A stretch of 64,000 nt of DNA from Candidatus Bathyarchaeota archaeon (GTDB taxonomy: Archaea; Thermoproteota; Bathyarchaeia; Bathyarchaeales; Bathyarchaeaceae). The notes beneath the pieces were generated by a model, which had not been told where the DNA came from, searched no databases, and saw only the letters and a program-made list of their open reading frames with translations. The translations under genes and the position numbers were made by a program. The DNA lies in contig CAVOMX010000011.1 in NCBI GenBank assembly GCA_963697165.1, positions 32,001-96,000 on the forward strand. Direction: 5' to 3'. Of the stretch, positions 58,823-64,000 are shown piece after piece. The stretch's first letter is position 1. Every line of letters begins with the position of its first letter.

Positions 58823-60646
58823 CTATTTTACAGTGACAGATTTGGCTAAGTTTCGGGGCATATCAGGGTCATTGCCGCGCTCAAGTGCCATGTAGTATGC
58901 GAGGAGCTGAAGCGGAACAACAAAAGGTATCGGAGACAAAACTTCAGGCAATCCCGTGTCTATCTCTATGTAATCGTCAGCCAACGCTTTTATCTCCTCA
59001 TCACCCTTCTCAACCACTACGATTACGGAGGCGCCGCGGGCCTTCATCTCCATAATGTTGCTGATTATAGTTCTATGCGTGCCATCCTTTGGGCATACGA
59101 AAATTACAGGAAATCCGGGTTCAATCAGGCTGATGGGACCATGCTTGCTTTCTCCGGCAGGATAAGCTATAGACGGAATGTAAGAAATCTCCATGAGCTT
59201 CAGTCTACCCTCAAGGGCTACAGCCGAGCTGATTCCCCTTCCCAAAAAGAAGAAAACTTGCTTACCCCGATATTTCTTGGCTAATTGTTTCACCTTTTCT
59301 TCTTGACTGGCAACAGCGCGTTCAACAATTTCTGGTATTTGATCAAGCTTCTTCTCAATTTCCTCGATTTCCACATGAGAAATTTTTCCCCGCTTCTTGG
59401 CAAGCCTTATGGCAAGCTGTGAGAGCACCGAAAGCTGAGACGTGAAAGTTTTCGTTGCTGCAACTCCGATCTCTGGACCCGACTGCTGACAGATGTACAC
59501 TCTGGCGATACGTGTCAGGGTGGAGCCGATATTGTTTGTGAGTCCCAGGACTGTGGCTGCGCGTAGCCTAGCGCTTTCAACTGCGTCTAGGGTGTCGGCG
59601 GTTTCTCCGGATTGGCTGACGACCAGAAGGGTGCTGTCGATGTTCACTGATTTTCCATGTTGTTCAACAAACTCTGAGGCTATAACAGGATGGGTTGCCA
59701 AAAAGGACAGCTTGGAGAACAAGTATGACGCTGCAAGGCAGGCATGATATGAGGTTCCACATGCCACCAAAAATACTTCTCCTGCCCGATCAAGAAAGGT
59801 GGTCATCAACTCCAAGTATTTGTCCTGCAGCCTGAGGGTGTTTCTTAAACTTAAAGGCTGCTCGTGAATCTCCTTTAGCATAAAGTAGGGATAGCCCTGC
59901 TTCTCAGCCATCTCGGGAGCCCAGTCTATAGTCTCAGGTTCCCTATTGACCTGTTTCCAATCAGCGATACTGCGGATTTCGTACTCCCTATCGCTTAAAA
60001 TAACAAGTTCTCCGTCTTCAACGATAACAGACTTGTTTGTTTTCGGAAGAAAGGCTGGAATGTCAGATGCGACATACATGCTGTCCGCGGCTACTCCAAG
60101 AACAAGAGGACTCTCTTTACGGGCACAAACGATCTTGTCAGGCTCGTTAACATAGATCACGGCGATTGCGTAAGAGCCGTCTAATCGCTTCACAGTCTCG
60201 CGAACTGCATCAACAAAAAACAAACCAGTCTTCAGTTTTTCTTCGATAAGGTGCCCGATGACTTCGGTGTCGGTTTTGGATTTGAAAGTATGTCCAAGGT
60301 CTTCAAGTTCAGCTTTGAGTTCGGCAAAATTTTCGATGATTCCGTTATGAACGACTGCGATTTGGTTTTTGCAATCTGTGTGTGGATGGGAGTTCTCTTT
60401 GTAAGGTGCGCCGTGTGTTGCCCATCGTGTATGACCTATCCCCAATCGTCCAGGAAGAGCGTCGAGGTTGTGTAATTCATGAACCTCGTCAATTTTTCCG
60501 CTATCCTTTTTTATAAAAAGCCGACCATCGCTAATGGTTGCGATTCCCACCGAGTCGTAGCCTCGATACTCTAGCTTTTTTAAGCCGCAATGAATTGTCG
60601 ATGCAGCCTCACCTGTTCGTAGGATGGATCCAAATATTCCACACAT
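58823..60646 (-). CDS. glmS: Glutamine--fructose-6-phosphate transaminase (isomerizing)
   Basis: MCGI, LEYRGYDS.G, GHTRWATHG, HNGIIEN, SQSGETADT, AATKT, KHGP, PRNLAKSVTV. Confidence 0.97.
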   Translation of the reverse strand: MCGIFGSILRTGEAASTIHCGLKKLEYRGYDSVGIATISDGRLFIKKDSGKIDEVHELHNLDALPGRLGIGHTRWATHGAPYKENSHPHTDCKNQIAVVHNGIIENFAELKAELEDLGHTFKSKTDTEVIGHLIEEKLKTGLFFVDAVRETVKRLDGSYAIAVIYVNEPDKIVCARKESPLVLGVAADSMYVASDIPAFLPKTNKSVIVEDGELVILSDREYEIRSIADWKQVNREPETIDWAPEMAEKQGYPYFMLKEIHEQPLSLRNTLRLQDKYLELMTTFLDRAGEVFLVACGTSYHACLAASYLFSKLSFLATHPVIASEFVEQHGKSVNIDSTLLVVSQSGETADTLDAVESARLRAATVLGLTNNIGSTLTRIARVYICQQSGPEIGVAATKTFTSQLSVLSQLAIRLAKKRGKISHVEIEEIEKKLDQIPEIVERAVASQEEKVKQLAKKYRGKQVFFFLGRGISSAVALEGRLKLMEISYIPSIAYPAGESKHGPISLIEPGFPVIFVCPKDGTHRTIISNIMEMKARGASVIVVVEKGDEEIKALADDYIEIDTGLPEVLSPIPFVVPLQLLAYYMALERGNDPDMPRNLAKSVTVK

Positions 60647-60927
60647 TATTCATTCCTCATTTTTTTGTAGATTTTACAGTTACTGACTATAATGTAATCG
60701 GGTTGTGCAGACTTTAGTTAAACTGAAAGAGCGGCTATAAACATTTTTAGGAATCGTGTTTTAGAATTATAATGAAAATTGTAGGGGTTCTCACTAAAAG
60801 GTTAAGTACATTACAGGTACAGTTTTTCGGTTATAACGGTACATCTCATTCCACAAGACTTCAAGCTTTACACGAACTACCATAAGAAATATGAATCCAG
60901 AAGCACAACAAAAAGAGGGATAGCACT

Positions 60928-61266
60928 ATGGTTCTTTCAGACTTCCTTTACCCCGGAGAAACGATAGTATTCCAGAGCGGCAAGATTGAAAGTCTTAACG
61001 ACAACTTCTCATTCTACATAACCAATCAACGAATACTGCTCTATAGACGACGCGGAGTTTTGTTCAAGAAAGACAGAATCATTGCAGAGAGAATCGAGGA
61101 CATCAGATCAATGCAATATGTAGAAAGGGGTATATTACGAAAGAGGGGCATTTTGTGCATTGACACTTTTAGTAAGAAGATGGAGCCAATAGTGGGCAAA
61201 GTAGGGGACATTAAAGCCATATGGCAAGAGATGCAAAAATACATCAGACAAGACATGCCGATTTAG
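60928..61266 (+). CDS. Small bacterial-type PH-domain protein
   Basis: L.PGE.I, YITNQRILL, IEDIRS...E.GIL..G.L. Confidence 0.65.
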   Translation: MVLSDFLYPGETIVFQSGKIESLNDNFSFYITNQRILLYRRRGVLFKKDRIIAERIEDIRSMQYVERGILRKRGILCIDTFSKKMEPIVGKVGDIKAIWQEMQKYIRQDMPI

Positions 61267-61318
61267 TGGAACTGAAAGGCTTGACTCTAGGCTAGGTGCA
61301 TCAAATAATGGATAGACA

Positions 61319-61639
61319 TTATTCTCTTCTGAGTCCAAAAATTAAACCGACTATTAGGCTGACTATGAAGGGGATGTGTGCCAATAGTGGAGTAATCAGG
61401 GTTAGCGCTGGATTAATGGCGTTAACTATGTTTGATGCCATTTCGGATAATCCACCGTAATCTACGTTGATCACGTTTGTGTAAGCCAAAATGATCAGAG
61501 AAAAGACAACAATCCCAAGGATTAAAGCGATCTTAAGGAATTTTTTCATGGCGTAACCTATTAGAAATCCTCCGATTCCACCTATGCACAACTGAAAAAC
61601 GATGGGAAGCAGTGATTCATTAAGTGTTAGTGTCGTCAT
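61319..61639 (-). CDS. FUN14-family small membrane protein
   Basis: QL.IGGIGGFLIGYA.KK..KI; G.I.V.Y-like segment. Confidence 0.8.
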   Translation of the reverse strand: MTTLTLNESLLPIVFQLCIGGIGGFLIGYAMKKFLKIALILGIVVFSLIILAYTNVINVDYGGLSEMASNIVNAINPALTLITPLLAHIPFIVSLIVGLIFGLRRE

Positions 61640-61891
61640 TCCATTTTTCTCTACACATTAGGCATCTAATAAAAGTAACCGTTAACTGAATCGATTAAAG
61701 TTGTTCAGGCAGTAAGCATTTGAGTTATAACATATATTATGTCTTATTAATGCATACATGAAAACAAAAAAACAGGTCATTTTTGGCTTGTTCAATGCCA
61801 TAATTTAAGTAAAAACCGATGTTCCTATGCAGCACTACAGCAATCAACCATTAAAAAAATATTTATAACACACTCAGCCATAAACTCAATC

Positions 61892-62851
61892 ATGAAGAAA
61901 AAGCTGCTCCTCAGCAATGAAGGAAGACAACTAAAAGCAAAAGACATAGCCGTTTTCGAAGACCCCGAGAGACTCAAATCAGTACTGAACAAACTCAGCT
62001 GGAAGATACTTCAAATCCTAAGCGAAACAGAAATGTACCCCATGGAAATCGCAAGAAAACTAAACGTTCACGAACAGAAAATCTATTATCACATCAGAAA
62101 ACTGATAAAAGCGGGAGCAATAAAGGTCGTTAGAGAAGAAGAAAAGAAGGGAGCAGTCGCAAAATACTACAAAGCCACTTTTCCAGCAATGGGAGTAGAA
62201 TTGCCTTTTGGTTACCAAACAATCAACAGGTTACCAATCACCAGCATAAACGAAAAAATGAAGCAGTTCCTAAGCCCCATCATCAAAGACGACACGTTTG
62301 ACGGAAAACTTGTTGTAGGAAGCCCTGACCAGCATGGCCCCTTCAAGGCAAAAGCCAGAGATGGACACTACGCCGCATACCTAACACTCTTTTTGGGACA
62401 ATTCGTGAATTTACCGGAAGACTTTGCAATAAAACTAGATGTTGACGTGAAAGCAGAGAAGGACGAAAATAACAACCTAATTCTGGTGGGCGGACCCGGA
62501 ACCAACCTTATCACCCAAGAATTCAACGAGTATTTGCCCATACGCTTTAACATGATGCCCTCTGAACATGGCTTCCTTTTGGGAGGACTGGTCTCAGAAA
62601 AAACCCAGAAGATCTACACCGCCGATGGCATGGGAGTAATAGCGAGAATACCTAACCCATGGAACAAAGAAAAAACAGTAATTGTTCTTGCTGGCAACAA
62701 GGCAGTTGGAACAAAAGCCTGTGTATTGGCTCTCACAAAATTCGGGGATAAGACGCTGAAGAATTTTAGCGGAGAAAAATTTGCTGTTGTTATTCAGGGA
62801 TTCGACCTTGAAGGCGATGGAAAGGTTGACTCCATAGAAGTCCTCGAATAA
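61892..62851 (+). CDS. ArsR-type HTH transcriptional regulator with C-terminal alpha/beta domain
   Basis: WKIL..L....YP.EIARKL...EQKIYYHIRKL..AG.I; NLILVGGP..N; TATA-like ATTTATAA near 61861. Confidence 0.8.
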   Translation: MKKKLLLSNEGRQLKAKDIAVFEDPERLKSVLNKLSWKILQILSETEMYPMEIARKLNVHEQKIYYHIRKLIKAGAIKVVREEEKKGAVAKYYKATFPAMGVELPFGYQTINRLPITSINEKMKQFLSPIIKDDTFDGKLVVGSPDQHGPFKAKARDGHYAAYLTLFLGQFVNLPEDFAIKLDVDVKAEKDENNNLILVGGPGTNLITQEFNEYLPIRFNMMPSEHGFLLGGLVSEKTQKIYTADGMGVIARIPNPWNKEKTVIVLAGNKAVGTKACVLALTKFGDKTLKNFSGEKFAVVIQGFDLEGDGKVDSIEVLE

Positions 62852-62923
62852 CCTAAGCGTTACCGAACACAGCGTAGTTCATATACTAAAGGAATATCTG
62901 AAGGCTGCAGTATTTTTTGTAGC

Positions 62924-63355
62924 ATGAAATCTGTAACTGTTGTCTTTTCTGCACATGGACACAAGAATACACTTGCAACTCACAAGACAACCTTTGAAGT
63001 CACAAAAGAGGAGACTCTATCGAATCGGGGCGAATGTATAGTGGCTGTAGAATCAACGAAGGCTGCAGTTGATTTGCCGGTTGAATTCAAGGAAGCGGCA
63101 CGAAAAGAGGGGGCACGAATAAAAGTAACGGTTGAGGCAGGTGAACTGAAGGAAACAGTTAACGCGAAAGGGAGCCCTCTACTAGAGTTTACGCATCCCA
63201 CAGATTTGGTGGTGCGAAAAAGTGACTATGTGTGTGGTCGAACATTGGCGATTAGGGCAGACAAGGCTGCCCTTGACTTTTCAAGAGAGCTTGTTCAAAA
63301 ACTAAAAGACCCAAATCAAACAGTTAAAGTCACGTTGACAGCGGAAGTTTACTGA
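62924..63355 (+). CDS. DUF371 (MTH639-like) protein
   Basis: GH.N..ATH.TT.EVTKE..L..RG.CI, V.RKSDY...RTLAI.A.KAA.D. Confidence 0.88.
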   Translation: MKSVTVVFSAHGHKNTLATHKTTFEVTKEETLSNRGECIVAVESTKAAVDLPVEFKEAARKEGARIKVTVEAGELKETVNAKGSPLLEFTHPTDLVVRKSDYVCGRTLAIRADKAALDFSRELVQKLKDPNQTVKVTLTAEVY

Positions 63356-64000
63356 ATTTGGGCATCCACAACAACCTGCCAAGTGTACGGAGCAACCTCT
63401 CGGACGCTCTTAGCTAAAAGAAACTTCGTTACTTGCCGCATGTTTTGCTTCACTGCTTCGGTTATTAGAACTTGTGCTGTTTCCAGCGGATTTGAATCCT
63501 TCACGAAACCGTAATAATGCACAATACCGCCTCCTGGCTTGATGGCTTCGCAGGCTACATCCACAAACTCTAACGCCGTCTCCGGCAGATTCATGATTAC
63601 ACGATCAGCCTTTCCAGACAAATGCTCTCTTACAACTTGCCTAGCATCCCCAAGAAAGGGCACAACTTGTTTTTCGGCGCGGTTCACTGCAACATTTCGT
63701 TTCATAAGAGCCACAGCGTCGGGGTTAACATCAACAGCGTAGACCCGCACGTTTTTTTGTTTTTTTGCAATTGGAATTGCGAAGGGTCCGACTCCGGCGA
63801 ATAGGTCAACCACCGTTTCTCCCGTTTTCACCTGCGAAGCAACCCTGTCGTGTTCACTCGAAAGTCTTGGAGAAAAATAGGCTTTGGCAACGTCAACATG
63901 ATATGTGCAGCCATACTCTCGGTACACCGTAACGGTTTTTTTGGCTCCAGCTATCACTTCAAAGTCTCTTAGGCGATAAACTCCTTCAACCGCTCCAGAC
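63349..64000 (-). CDS. trm5: Trm5/Met-10+ family tRNA methyltransferase, C-terminal part (5' end outside window)
   Basis: E.GC...VD....[33 protein letters not shown]. Confidence 0.82.
   Translation of the reverse strand, partial: SGAVEGVYRLRDFEVIAGAKKTVTVYREYGCTYHVDVAKAYFSPRLSSEHDRVASQVKTGETVVDLFAGVGPFAIPIAKKQKNVRVYAVDVNPDAVALMKRNVAVNRAEKQVVPFLGDARQVVREHLSGKADRVIMNLPETALEFVDVACEAIKPGGGIVHYYGFVKDSNPLETAQVLITEAVKQNMRQVTKFLLAKSVREVAPYTWQVVVDAQIQ

Noticed and set aside
1..64000. tRNA, rRNA, CRISPR array, transposase or integrase
   Set aside because: No cloverleaf-like GC-rich segment, regularly spaced repeat-spacer array or recombinase motif was seen by eye; a covariance-model search was not possible

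Overview
Archaeal chromosomal segment, most likely Bathyarchaeia (inferred from TATA/BRE-type promoters, Trm5, DUF371, MtrH, CbiZ and C-terminally anchored PQQ-propeller and beta-helix surface proteins). About 58 kb form a cobamide-centred, radical-SAM-rich island. It holds 12 radical SAM genes: 7 cobalamin-binding class-B type, 4 SPASM (AhbD/NirJ-like) and 1 HemN-like. These are interleaved with cobamide salvage and uptake genes (cbiZ fused to a degenerate CobZ-like domain, cbiB, cobS, btuFCD, a second signal-less BtuF with a Cys4 insert, two DUF71/Dph6-like ATP pyrophosphatases). Also present: an MtrH plus minimal corrinoid protein pair, an orphan RnfD-ferredoxin fusion, other Fe-S proteins, a glutaminase-less asparagine-synthase-like ligase, and a glycosylation block (3 GT4, 3 GT-C-like membrane paralogs, DUF1616). 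An AT-rich orphan TIR-domain gene is inserted at 52-53 kb, and the right end is housekeeping (glmS, DUF371, trm5). A 23-bp perfect palindrome sits just downstream of the btuF TATA box, with a related site upstream of one DUF71 gene. About 20 single-base indels split otherwise intact genes; they look like long-read assembly errors, and split genes are reported as reconstructed. No tRNA, rRNA, CRISPR array or transposase was seen. All family calls are motif recognition by eye, without database searches.
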